Shown: positions 54,251 to 64,000 of the stretch, one piece after another
Position numbering within the stretch: the first letter of the stretch is position 1
Layout of the letters: each line of letters begins with the position of its first letter
Source: an uncultured Oscillibacter sp.
GTDB lineage: Bacteria; Bacillota; Clostridia; Oscillospirales; Oscillospiraceae
Assembly: GCA_910588005.1 (NCBI GenBank)
Contig: CAJUQM010000001.1
Coordinates: 6,158-70,157, forward strand
DNA: 64,000 bases
Direction of reading: 5' to 3'
Notes under the pieces: model-generated
Told to the model about the DNA's origin: nothing
Database searches by the model: none
The model's input: the letters and a program-made list of their open reading frames with translations, nothing else
Position numbers and translations under genes: made by a program

Positions 54251-55924
54251 TTACCATGGGATGAATTGAAGGTTGGCGTCCACCCGGCCGCCAATACCGG
54301 CCACTGAGCAATTGCTGGTATACTGCCAGTAGTCCATCTGATACCGGAAGGTGGGATACAGCTTTTCCGACGTATCGCTTTTATATTCCGGATACCAGCT
54401 CAGATACGGCGCAATCGCACCCTGGTCGTACTTTACATAGCTGACATAGCTCCCTGCATAAATCATCGGCGTGTAGCCCGCCTCTTCGATTCGCTTGCAA
54501 AAGGCAATAGCGCAGGCCGTAGCCATCTCCGGCGTGGTGCCGTAAACCCGGTATGTGGAGTTATGCATCTCCCAGTCATAGGCCACCGGGCCGTTGATCT
54601 CATGGTCCCGGAGCAGTTCAATCACGAAGTCCGCCTCCTCGATCGCCTCCTCCACCGTGATCGCCTGGGCGAAAAAGTACACACCCGTTTCAATGCCCGC
54701 CGCCATGGCTCCATCAATATTCTGCGCATAGTAGGCGTCGGCATTGATCCCGCCGGTGGAGTATCCCCGCAGGCCGATCCGCACCATGGCGAACTCCACG
54801 CCATCGGCGGCCACAGCCTCCCAGTCGATGGTCTCATTTTGACTGGCCCTGTTTTGATAGGCGGACACATCGATTCCAAAGCGGGTGCGGAACCGGTTCC
54901 CGGTGTAGATCAGGCGGTCGCCGGTGTCGTTCCACATAAAGTCTCCCTCGTAGAGCTGAATGGGTTCCGCATCGGCATAAACCGGAATCATTCTGCTCCC
55001 ATAGGCAAACGTCTCTCCCGTAGTGGCGCCGGGAGTATAGACCTCCAGAGGCTGAATGCCGGGACCTGAGGGAATCTCCGGCGTCTGAGAATCTCCCGGC
55101 TGCCAATCCGGCGGGTCTGTGGGCACCACCTGGAAGATCGTTGGCTCTATGCCGCTGAAATTCCGTACGGTTCCCAGAACTGTCACGTTATTCAGCGTCA
55201 CAGGTCCCAAAACGCCGGGAGCCAGAATCAGATCGCCGCTGACCGTCATGTCCGCCAGAGACGCGCCGCCCTCGGCGTTGATCATCAGTGTTCCGCTGAC
55301 ATCGGAAGAGTAGCTCACCGTGTCCTGCACCAGCACCTGAATCATGTTATTGAGAATGCTGACAATCTCCGCCCGGGTAATCGGGTCCAAGGGGCGAAAA
55401 TATCCATCCTGACTATCGGTAATATATCCCCGAGCCGTCATCTCCGCCACCGGTCCCTGGGCATACTCCGCAAACTGCTCCGCGTCGACATAGGGCAGAC
55501 TGACCGTAAGCGCATCAATGCCAAACGCCCGGGCAATCATGGTCACCGCCTGCTGGCGGGTAATGGTGTCGGAGGCCAGGGCCTTTCCGTTGTTGCCCAG
55601 ATAGATCCCGGCGGCGTTAAGCTTTAAAATAGCGGCCTCCCAGTAGGTCCCCGCCGTATCGGAGAAGGTCTCCGCCGGAGACTGAACCTGGAACTTCAAA
55701 AAACGGTCCAGAATACCGGCAAAAGCTCCCCGGGTAATAGAGTGGTCCGGGCGGAAGGTGCCGTCCTCATATCCCTGAATAATATGATACTCCTCGCTCC
55801 ACTTGGCAATGGCGTCCGCAGCCCAGTGCTCTCCGGTATCAATAAAGGAGGCGGAGGCCGGTGTTATAGCCAGCGCCCCTGCCAACACCGCGGTCAGGAG
55901 GCATTTTGGCAGTCGAATGTACAT
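54251..55924 (-). CDS. SLH-domain cell-wall-anchored GH25 muramidase (lysozyme)
   Basis: ORF 54251..56095, trimmed to MYIRLPKCLLTAVLAGALAITPASA (signal peptide). SLH repeats (HWAADAIAKW...TRGAFAGIL, TRQQAVTMIARA, TRAEIVSIL). C-terminal GH25 domain with GIDVSAYQ and AYDWE. Confidence 0.8.
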   Translation of the reverse strand: MYIRLPKCLLTAVLAGALAITPASASFIDTGEHWAADAIAKWSEEYHIIQGYEDGTFRPDHSITRGAFAGILDRFLKFQVQSPAETFSDTAGTYWEAAILKLNAAGIYLGNNGKALASDTITRQQAVTMIARAFGIDALTVSLPYVDAEQFAEYAQGPVAEMTARGYITDSQDGYFRPLDPITRAEIVSILNNMIQVLVQDTVSYSSDVSGTLMINAEGGASLADMTVSGDLILAPGVLGPVTLNNVTVLGTVRNFSGIEPTIFQVVPTDPPDWQPGDSQTPEIPSGPGIQPLEVYTPGATTGETFAYGSRMIPVYADAEPIQLYEGDFMWNDTGDRLIYTGNRFRTRFGIDVSAYQNRASQNETIDWEAVAADGVEFAMVRIGLRGYSTGGINADAYYAQNIDGAMAAGIETGVYFFAQAITVEEAIEEADFVIELLRDHEINGPVAYDWEMHNSTYRVYGTTPEMATACAIAFCKRIEEAGYTPMIYAGSYVSYVKYDQGAIAPYLSWYPEYKSDTSEKLYPTFRYQMDYWQYTSNCSVAGIGGRVDANLQFIPW

Positions 55925-55963
55925 AGCGGCAGTTCCTTTCTGTCGAAATATGTCGGCACGGGG

Positions 55964-56000
55964 CAAAAAAAGCGCCGCGGCTCCGGAAAGAGCCGCGGTG
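55964..56000 (-). terminator. rho-independent terminator after the padR operon
   Basis: Minus strand reads CACCGCGGCTC-tttccg-GAGCCGCGGCG, followed by CTTTTTTT. Confidence 0.7.
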
Positions 56001-56091
56001 TGATGCACCTTTAAGCAGCGCCGTTTCTTTATTATACCGGAAAAGTAGAGCGGGGTCAATATCCCTTTCGGCTTTGTCAAAAGGTGCCAGA

Positions 56092-56859
56092 TCAATAGGT
56101 CCCAAACAGAGTATCCAAATAGGCAAAACGCCGGGGACCGTCACTTCCGGTAAAGGGATCATGTACCGTATTGTAGGCAATCACCGGCTGGGCATCCTCC
56201 AGCAGTGCCTCCGCCCGTTCCAGAAAAGAGGAAATTGCCGCCTCATCCGCGTCTCCCTCCCGCGCTTCCCCTCCCTCTGCCGGAAAGAAAATGCGCTCCC
56301 GGAATCGATCCAAAGCCGTTCCATCCTGCCCCAGTGAAAACAGGGCGATTTGGAAATCGGACCGGCCCGCTCCGGTATAGGGCGCGTACCACAGCAGATA
56401 GTCCAGCCCCTCTTCCTTTTTCAGGTACAGCTCTCCCCACTGGCGGTGTTCCGCGCCGCAGGCAAACGCATAGATCGGGAAAACCGCTCCTCCCTCCCCC
56501 GCCTGCAATACCGTCACACTGGCCCGGGTAAAGTGATCGGCGTCCAGCGTGCCGCCATGGAGGGAGACCGGCTCCCCAGTCCGGCCGGTCTCCACGGCAA
56601 GAACCAACAATTCCTCCAGGCCGTCGTGAGTCAAGTCGGTATAAATGGCAGAACAGCTGGCCTCGCTGTAATGATCCGAGAAATATGTACGCAAAGTCCG
56701 ACGGGTATCCCCGGCACTCATGCCCTGTCCCGCCTCGGGCCTTGGCAGGCGGTCCTCCGCCCGGCCCTGGAGCCAGCCGCCGTCCAGCCGGGCCAGTCCC
56801 AAAACCAGCGCCGCGGCCAGAAACAGCCCCACCACGCTCAGCGCGTGCCGTCTGTCCAT
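56092..56859 (-). CDS. hypothetical N-terminally membrane-anchored extracytoplasmic protein
   Basis: 255 aa. MDRRHALSVVGLFLAAALVLGLA anchor. No motif recognised. Last gene of the padR-led transcription unit. Confidence 0.55.
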   Translation of the reverse strand: MDRRHALSVVGLFLAAALVLGLARLDGGWLQGRAEDRLPRPEAGQGMSAGDTRRTLRTYFSDHYSEASCSAIYTDLTHDGLEELLVLAVETGRTGEPVSLHGGTLDADHFTRASVTVLQAGEGGAVFPIYAFACGAEHRQWGELYLKKEEGLDYLLWYAPYTGAGRSDFQIALFSLGQDGTALDRFRERIFFPAEGGEAREGDADEAAISSFLERAEALLEDAQPVIAYNTVHDPFTGSDGPRRFAYLDTLFGTY

Positions 56860-56956
56860 TCTATCATCCTCTGCTGATTATCTCTTTACCTATAAGACGC
56901 GCAGGAAGGGCCTTTTGTTTCATCCACCTTCCAACTTTGGAAAATCCTACAAATAT

Positions 56957-58350
56957 TCACGATTCTTTTGTGGAAGTAATTGAAATTTTTACCCGCCATG
57001 GGAATATGGAGCGCCTTTTTTCCGCCGGCAGCTCATCCCGGAGAATCCAGCCGCCCCGGAATACGGACAGCGCCAATCCAATGAGGGCCATATCCAGTAC
57101 TGTGTAAATGTTTCCGACCATCAGGGGCAGATGGGCGGGAAGGAATACAAATCCCAGACACAAAGCGGTACTGAACAGTGTCTCCATGCCCAGGCTCAGC
57201 ACCACCGCCAGCGCCGTCAGCCGGCCCAGGTGCTGCCTCTGCCGCAGGCAACAGACCATGAGCCACGCCAGCAGTACGGCGATCGCCGCCATCAGCAGAA
57301 GATACACCAGCCAGCCGAATTTCGCCAGCAGTTTCAGCGGCATAAACTCCTGGCCAAAGCTGAACTCCACATAGCCCTTCTCTCCGCTGAGGGGGCTGCC
57401 GTACAATAGTCTGCCACGCGTTCCCATAGTGACACTGGCGGCAAAGGGGTCATTCCATTTTCGGACGGCCGGAACATCTTGTAAGAACATTTTTACGACC
57501 ATGCCCGCATATCCGGCGCCCTTGGGGTCCGCCTCCGGGTGAAGGGCAAGATAGATCCTCTGTGCAAAGGCTTTTCCGTAACCCACTCCCCAAAAGAGAG
57601 ACGGTATTCCCGCGGCCAGGGCCAGCGCGGTTCCGGCAAATTTCCACCGCCCGGGACCAAACCACCCCATCTGGATTGCGCACAGCAACAGAACCAACCC
57701 GCAAAACAGCAGCCGAAACAGCCCAAACAGAGAGGGAGCCGCCATAGTGACCAGCGCCAGTGGGATTCCCCCTGCGATGGCTAGGACAAAGCGCCTCCAC
57801 GTATTCCCCCGGCAACTGTACAACCAGAGGGCATACACCACCGGATAGAGTAAAACGATGTACAGTGTGTAATAAACGGCATTGTTCACACGGGGAAACA
57901 GGCACAGAGACAGCGCTCCCGCCGCCAGTGCCCCCGTATAGACCGCCCGTGGATGACGGGCGAAAAAGGAGATATCCAGGAAATATCCGCCCAACAGCGC
58001 GGCAGTCCCCAAAATAAGCGCCAGCAACACTTTGGCAGGATCGTCATTGGCGAGCCACACCCGCAAAAGAGCGCCCAGGCAGGCCAGGGCGCTGGTCAGT
58101 CCCGGCAGCCCCCACTGGGGCCGGGGACGGTGAAGCCGGTCCAGCTCCGTGCCCACGGACACCGGGTCCCCCATCTCCTCCACGGCCAGACGCTCCGCCT
58201 CCTCCAGTCCCTCCGCCGCGAAATCGTCCCGCTGGTCCTCCAGGTGACGGCGCAGCTCCAGCGCGATACAACGGATCTGGCCCGCTTCCAGCGGATCTGC
58301 GCCTCTATTGCCGCAAGATACGCTTGAATGGTCTCAGGCAAGGCAGGCAC
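56957..58350 (-). pseudogene. PadR-associated polytopic membrane protein with an N-terminal helical (permease-prefix/DUF1700-like) domain, interrupted by a frameshift near 58255-58280
   Basis: ORF 58096..58350 encodes MPALPETIQAYLAAIEAQIRWKRARSVV and then Arg/Trp-rich nonsense. The frame of ORF 56957..58183 is open upstream of its first Met and there reads ...IALELRRHLEDQRDDFAAEGLEEAEAERLAVEEMGDPVSVGTELDRLHRP, followed by about 10 TM segments. Together the two pieces form one coherent domain, with a single-nt frame change between them. Confidence 0.5.
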
Positions 58351-58675
58351 CCCCTTTCAGCACCCGGCCCACGGCCTGGGCGTAGGTATTCCAGGCGGTC
58401 TCCTTCTCCCGCAGCGCCGCGCTGCCCCGCTTTGTGAGATGATAATACCGCCGGGGCTTCCCGGCGGCGGCCTCTCCCTCGTAGGCGGTTACCAGCCCCT
58501 TCTCCTCCAGGCCGTGGAGCAGGGGGTACAGCGTCCCGGCTTTCAAGTGAAACGTATCGTCCGACCGCCGCTTCAGCTCCTCAATCATCTGATAGCCGTA
58601 CTTGTCTCCATCCTCCAGCAGTTTCAGCACCAGCATGGCCATACTGCCGCTGACCAGGCTCTTGTCCAGTTCCAT
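58334..58675 (-). CDS. PadR-family transcriptional regulator
   Basis: 113 aa. LVLKLLEDGDKYGYQMIEELKRRSDDTFHLKAGTLYPLLHGLEEKGLV. Confidence 0.9.
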   Translation of the reverse strand: MELDKSLVSGSMAMLVLKLLEDGDKYGYQMIEELKRRSDDTFHLKAGTLYPLLHGLEEKGLVTAYEGEAAAGKPRRYYHLTKRGSAALREKETAWNTYAQAVGRVLKGGACLA

Positions 58676-58709
58676 CCCTCGCTCCTCCTCTATATCGATT
58701 ACCTATATA

Positions 58710-58738
58710 AATATATATTGATTGCCGATATATGTCAA
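58710..58738 (-). promoter_or_regulatory. sigma-A promoter of the padR operon inside an AT-rich ATATA-repeat region
   Basis: Minus strand reads TTGACA-17 nt-TATATT. Confidence 0.5.
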
Positions 58739-58739
58739 G

Positions 58740-58773
58740 AAAAAATGGACGGGATTTCAAAAATCCCGTCCAT
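58740..58773 (-). terminator. rho-independent terminator of the GyrI-like gene
   Basis: ATGGACGGGATTT-caa-AAATCCCGTCCAT, with a T-run on the minus strand. Confidence 0.7.
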
Positions 58774-58778
58774 CCATC

Positions 58779-59411
58779 TCAGATTTTGCGGACCGGCTGC
58801 CGGATCACAGTCTTTCTCCGCTCCGGCGGAACTCTTCTGGCATCGGACAGATAGATCTCATGGTGGAGACGAAGGTGGCTGAGGTCTACGGCATATCCCT
58901 TTTCCGCAAGGAATCCGTCCATCAGCGCAATGGACCGGGCCTCACTGTCATAGGAGCCGACATGCATCATCTGGACGCACAGTCCCTCCTCCACCGTCAG
59001 GAACTCCGCGGCGGAGCAGTCCAGATCCTTCTTTTGAGAGGCAGTCTCCACCGCCCAGGCAAAATCGGCCTCTGTTACAAAGTCCGGCAGGCGGATCACG
59101 GAGGTCCAGAGGAAGGCGGCTTTGTCCCGATTATCGAACTTCTCTCTTCCCTCCTGCCGCCAGAAGCCCTCCAGCGGCGGGACCACATAGTCAAAAAAAC
59201 CTTCGATATTACGGCCGCTTCTGCCGCTCATCCGCAGGGTGTACGCCACTGCGTAAAGCACGCCGATGGCCTGCTTGTATGCGCCGCCCTCCTCGTTGGG
59301 ATCGCCCCGGCCCCGAACAGCGATGTAGTTCATGGCGGGTACCGTCACCAGCTCCGGCGCGCCCTTCGGCAGATAAAACTCCCGGTACTCCTTCTTAAAG
59401 TCAAATGCCAC
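58779..59411 (-). CDS. GyrI-like small-molecule-binding domain protein
   Basis: 210 aa. MAFDFKKEYREFYLPKGAPELVTVPAMNYIAVRGRGDPN is a typical GyrI-like/YdeE-type N-terminus. Confidence 0.75.
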   Translation of the reverse strand: MAFDFKKEYREFYLPKGAPELVTVPAMNYIAVRGRGDPNEEGGAYKQAIGVLYAVAYTLRMSGRSGRNIEGFFDYVVPPLEGFWRQEGREKFDNRDKAAFLWTSVIRLPDFVTEADFAWAVETASQKKDLDCSAAEFLTVEEGLCVQMMHVGSYDSEARSIALMDGFLAEKGYAVDLSHLRLHHEIYLSDARRVPPERRKTVIRQPVRKI

Positions 59412-59495
59412 AGTGCTCTCTCCTCTCTCATATCCGCCCCCCCTGCATTATGCTGCCGGACATGGTCTGTCAAGGGGAGATGACGGCCGCCGGCC

Positions 59496-60314
59496 TTACT
59501 TCCGCCTCACGGGATAGCAGACCTCCGTCAAAAACTCATCAGGATTTCGGGTGTCGTGGGGGCTGATGTGGTAGATCCAGAAGGCAGCCCCGTCAAAGAC
59601 CCAGCCGTTCTCCCGTACCCAGGCGGCTACGGCCTCACTGACCTCGGTCATCCGCCCGTAGCTCCCCCGGAGGGTGGCGGAGGCCACCTGCACTGCCGGT
59701 ACCGTCTTGAACTTCACGTGTTCCGTGTCGGGGTACGTCCCCTTCACGGTCTTCTGAATCTCCACATCCACGTCGCTCTCCTTGTACTCACCGTCGTGAA
59801 ACACAGCGCTGCAGAGCACCGGGTCCCCGTCTTGGATATTCATCCGGGCTGTCTCCTGGCAGAAGAGGCCCCACAGATACCCCTCCTGGTCATAGCTGGG
59901 GATAATTTGCCGGACACTGGCCACGGTCCGCTCCGGCACCGTCTTGATGGTCACATCGTATTTCATTTTTGCTTCGTCCTTTCTCAGCCTTTCCAGGGCT
60001 GTGTCCAGAAGCCGCAGACGCTGCTCCGCCTCCTCCAGCGATGAGGCCGCCTCCGCCCGTTTCAGCCGCAGGCACCGCTCCAGCGACGCCGGATCGCCGT
60101 AGCAGTCCAGCACCTCGGAGATGGCGTTTTTTGTAAAGCCCATATCCTTTAATGCTGTGATCCGGTTTGCTGTCGGAAGCTGGTACTCGCTGTAATAGCG
60201 GTAACCGGTGAAGGGGTCGACTGCCTCCGGGATCAGAAGGCCGCTCTCATCGTACTGGCGCAGCAGGCGGATGCTGATTCTGGACAGTTTTGAAAATTCA
60301 CCAATTTTTAGCAT
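59496..60314 (-). CDS. MerR-family transcriptional regulator with a C-terminal GyrI-like effector domain (BmrR-type architecture)
   Basis: 272 aa. MLKIGEFSKLSRISIRLLRQYDESGLL HTH, a coiled-coil linker and a GyrI-like C-terminal half. Confidence 0.9.
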   Translation of the reverse strand: MLKIGEFSKLSRISIRLLRQYDESGLLIPEAVDPFTGYRYYSEYQLPTANRITALKDMGFTKNAISEVLDCYGDPASLERCLRLKRAEAASSLEEAEQRLRLLDTALERLRKDEAKMKYDVTIKTVPERTVASVRQIIPSYDQEGYLWGLFCQETARMNIQDGDPVLCSAVFHDGEYKESDVDVEIQKTVKGTYPDTEHVKFKTVPAVQVASATLRGSYGRMTEVSEAVAAWVRENGWVFDGAAFWIYHISPHDTRNPDEFLTEVCYPVRRK

Positions 60315-60355
60315 AGCATGTCCTCCACATCGATGTGAATCTTGAGCTCAGGAAC

Positions 60356-60386
60356 AGCATACGCTCTCTCCCGGGGTGAGAGTCAA
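60356..60386 (-). promoter_or_regulatory. MerR-type promoter with a 19-bp spacer containing an imperfect dyad
   Basis: Minus strand reads TTGACT-CTCACCCCGGGAGAGAGCG (19 nt)-TATGCT. The spacer holds the dyad CTCaCCCcGGGaGAG. Confidence 0.55.
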
Positions 60387-60415
60387 GAGAAATTTCAAAA
60401 AAGTTTCTATACAAG

Positions 60416-60450
60416 GCAAAGAACCGCCCGCGCCTTATAGCGTGGGCGGT
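60416..60450 (-). terminator. terminator of glmS
   Basis: ACCGCCCGCGC-n6-GCGTGGGCGGT (one wobble or mismatch), followed on the minus strand by a T-rich stretch. Confidence 0.55.
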
Positions 60451-60455
60451 CAAGC

Positions 60456-62297
<1,842 letters not shown>

Positions 62298-62339
62298 GGT
62301 CAAAAATCCTCCTGATTTTTAAGTCAAAAGGACAAACGC

Positions 62340-62515
62340 GCAGTATTTGTCACTCTCACCGCGGCCGCGGCCCCTTTGTTTTGCGGTCACCCGCATATTT
62401 TAAGGCCTGCGTTACGCACCCGCGAAGTGCGGAGGGACATCCGCCGAAATTTCGATCCTTCCCTCTCCTCGTCATCCTGTAAAGTGATTATTCATTACAG
62501 GAACTGGCGCTTCTG
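62340..62515 (-). ncRNA. glmS ribozyme: glmS ribozyme (GlcN6P-dependent self-cleaving riboswitch)
   Basis: Minus strand reads AGAA/GCGCCAGUUCCUG...CAGGAUGACGAGGAGAGGGAAGGAUCGAAAUUUCGGCGGAUGUCCCUCCGC...GUAACGCAGG...AAGGGG. This contains the conserved GCGCCAG cleavage-site context and the GACGAGG...AUCGAAnUUUCGGCGGAUG core, directly 5' of glmS. Confidence 0.85.
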
Positions 62516-62638
62516 ATGGGTTTGCCCATAATCCTCCTTTCTCTCTGCGCATCTATGATAAAACCTCCCACAAGAGGCAATATCCTTGAATAATTTTGCA
62601 GCCAAGGCAGACACTACGCAGACGGAGGGAATCCGCCT

Positions 62639-63322
62639 ATGATGACCGCCTTTGCGCGCACCGTAATACTCTATTTTCTCATTGTAATCGGCCTGCGGCT
62701 GATGGGCAAGCGCCAGATCGGCGAGCTGGAACCCAGCGAGCTGGTGTTGACTATGATGATCTCGGACTTAGCCACCGTACCCATGCAGGATTTTGGAATC
62801 CCGCTGCTGGCTGGAGTCATTCCGATTTTAACGCTGCTGGCCCTCTCCATGCTGATGAGCCAGCTGTCTCTTCGAAATCTCCGGTTTCGGGAGCTGGTAT
62901 GCGGCACTCCTGCGGTCCTGATTCGGGACGGGAACATTCAGCAGGCAGCCATGCGAAAAAACCGCTACACACTGGACGAACTCTTGGAAGAGCTGCGGGG
63001 ACAGGGGATCTCCAGTGTAGAGGAGGTAAAATACGCCGTTCTGGAGAACTCAGGCCAATTGTCCGTCCTCCCCTGGACCCAGAGACAGCCGCCCAGCGCT
63101 GCCCAGCTCCAGCTGGAAATTGAGGACGACGTCACGCTTCCCACAGTTCTGATCAACGACGGACGGGTTATGCGCAAAAATCTGACTGCCTGCGGCCTGG
63201 ATTCTCTATGGCTGCAAGCACAGCTGCAAGAGCGGCAGCTGGCCTCTCCCAAGGAAGTTTTTCTCCTGACTCTAGACGAGCACGGCCAAATATCCTGTGT
63301 AAAAAAGGAGGCCGATCTATGA
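62639..63322 (+). CDS. DUF421 (YetF/YdfS-like) membrane protein
   Basis: 227 aa. RTVILYFLIVIGLRLMGKRQIGELEPSELVLTMMISDLA is the typical DUF421 N-terminus. Confidence 0.8.
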   Translation: MMTAFARTVILYFLIVIGLRLMGKRQIGELEPSELVLTMMISDLATVPMQDFGIPLLAGVIPILTLLALSMLMSQLSLRNLRFRELVCGTPAVLIRDGNIQQAAMRKNRYTLDELLEELRGQGISSVEEVKYAVLENSGQLSVLPWTQRQPPSAAQLQLEIEDDVTLPTVLINDGRVMRKNLTACGLDSLWLQAQLQERQLASPKEVFLLTLDEHGQISCVKKEADL

Positions 63323-63699
63323 AGGGAATCCTGCCGCCTATGGCGCTTTTGGCGGGACTTTTGGCCTTTTCCCTCTGGAACAGCAGCCAAATCACCAGGG
63401 ATACCGCTCGCTGGCGGGCACAGCTGCAGCAGGCAGACACCCTGTCCCAGGCGGGGAATTGGCCCGAGGCCGTCTCCACTCTGTCAAACAGCTATGCGGA
63501 CTGGAACAACCGCCAGACCTATCTCCATGTCGTCACCCAGCACAGCGGCGTGGACGAGACGGAAGCCATGTATCACCGCTGCCTGGCCTTTGCCCAAACT
63601 CAGGAACTCTCAGAGTTTCGAGCGGAAGTGGCCGGACTGCGGGAACAATTGCGGCTGCTGGCAGAGATGGAACAGTTCAGCGTCCGGAATATACTTTGA
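63319..63699 (+). CDS. DUF4363-family protein
   Basis: ORF 63208..63699, trimmed to MKGILPPMALLAG (AAGGAGG RBS, ATGA overlap with the DUF421 gene). One TM segment and a helical body ending in NIL. The DUF421/DUF4363 pairing is common in spore formers (from memory). Confidence 0.7.
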   Translation: MKGILPPMALLAGLLAFSLWNSSQITRDTARWRAQLQQADTLSQAGNWPEAVSTLSNSYADWNNRQTYLHVVTQHSGVDETEAMYHRCLAFAQTQELSEFRAEVAGLREQLRLLAEMEQFSVRNIL

Positions 63700-63727
63700 A
63701 GTGCAATCGCCGGCTGGAGAGGCTTTG

Positions 63728-63761
63728 AAAAAAGGGAACGCCGGTTTTGGCAGGCGTTCCC
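63728..63761. terminator. hairpin between convergent DUF4363 and nrdR genes
   Basis: AAAAAA-GGGAACGCC-n10-GGCGTTCCC. Confidence 0.5.
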
Positions 63762-63903
63762 GCTGAATAGGAAAATTCCTCCCCATCTGCCTCCAGATCT
63801 TCCCCACGCTCATCAGAGTCCGGTTTCTCTTAAGACCTCATGGGAAATTACCGCCGGGGCCTTCCCCTTTGAGGCCGCCGGCGTTCTCCAGTGAATACCG
63901 CTC

Positions 63904-64000
63904 TTACTCGTCCTCCAGCAGCAGTTTATTCAGCTCCTCTTTAAACGTATCGATATCCTTGAACTGGCGGTACACGGAGGCAAACCGGACGTAGGCCACC
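63904..64000 (-). CDS. nrdR: transcriptional repressor NrdR (3' end only; gene continues past window end)
   Basis: Own minus-strand translation: ...[31 protein letters not shown]. [15 protein letters not shown] is the conserved NrdR ATP-cone C-terminus. Confidence 0.8.
   Translation of the reverse strand, partial: VAYVRFASVYRQFKDIDTFKEELNKLLLEDE

Noticed and set aside
63610-63813. 67-aa minus-strand ORF between nrdR and the DUF4363 gene.
   Set aside because: It overlaps the DUF4363 3' end and the intergenic hairpin. It has no RBS and no motif.

Overview
GC-rich chromosomal segment (roughly 55-60% by eye) from a spore-forming Firmicute of the class Clostridia. The gene content (butyryl-CoA:acetate CoA-transferase type enzyme, SLH-anchored wall hydrolases, IspH-S1 fusion, SpoIVA/SipL-type spore morphogenesis genes) fits an Oscillospiraceae-like gut anaerobe, but the taxon is only a guess. 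Nearly all of the window is tightly packed housekeeping DNA. It holds about 60 protein genes, one tRNA-Arg(CCU), a glmS ribozyme and an L20-type leader upstream of infC-rpmI-rplT. A 30-kb co-directional minus-strand block (15.8-45.8 kb) contains a long cluster collinear with the B. subtilis yloC...cpgA region: yicC-remA-gmk-rpoZ-priA-def-fmt-(Zn peptidase)-rsmB-rlmN-stp-prkC-rsgA. The same block carries cdaA-cdaR, ispD/ispF/ispH-rpsA, cmk and plsC. No transposase, CRISPR array, prophage or recognisable defence system was found. The most interesting points are as follows. (1) The cdaA-cdaR c-di-AMP operon is translationally chained to an RseC-like / DUF5685 / J-domain cysteine-string trio of unknown function. 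(2) Several microproteins missed by the 60-aa ORF cutoff have good RBS and terminators: a 32-aa Q/N-rich peptide, a 52-aa membrane protein paired with a 24-aa cationic peptide, and a 33-aa hydrophobic K-tailed peptide next to the tRNA and recombinase gene. (3) An MGMT(Ogt) protein is fused to a CPCC cysteine-rich domain. (4) A PadR-linked polytopic membrane protein is frameshifted. (5) Matching sigma-E-type promoters sit upstream of spoIVA and the sipL-like gene. All domain and family calls come from motif recognition by eye and memory. No database search was run.
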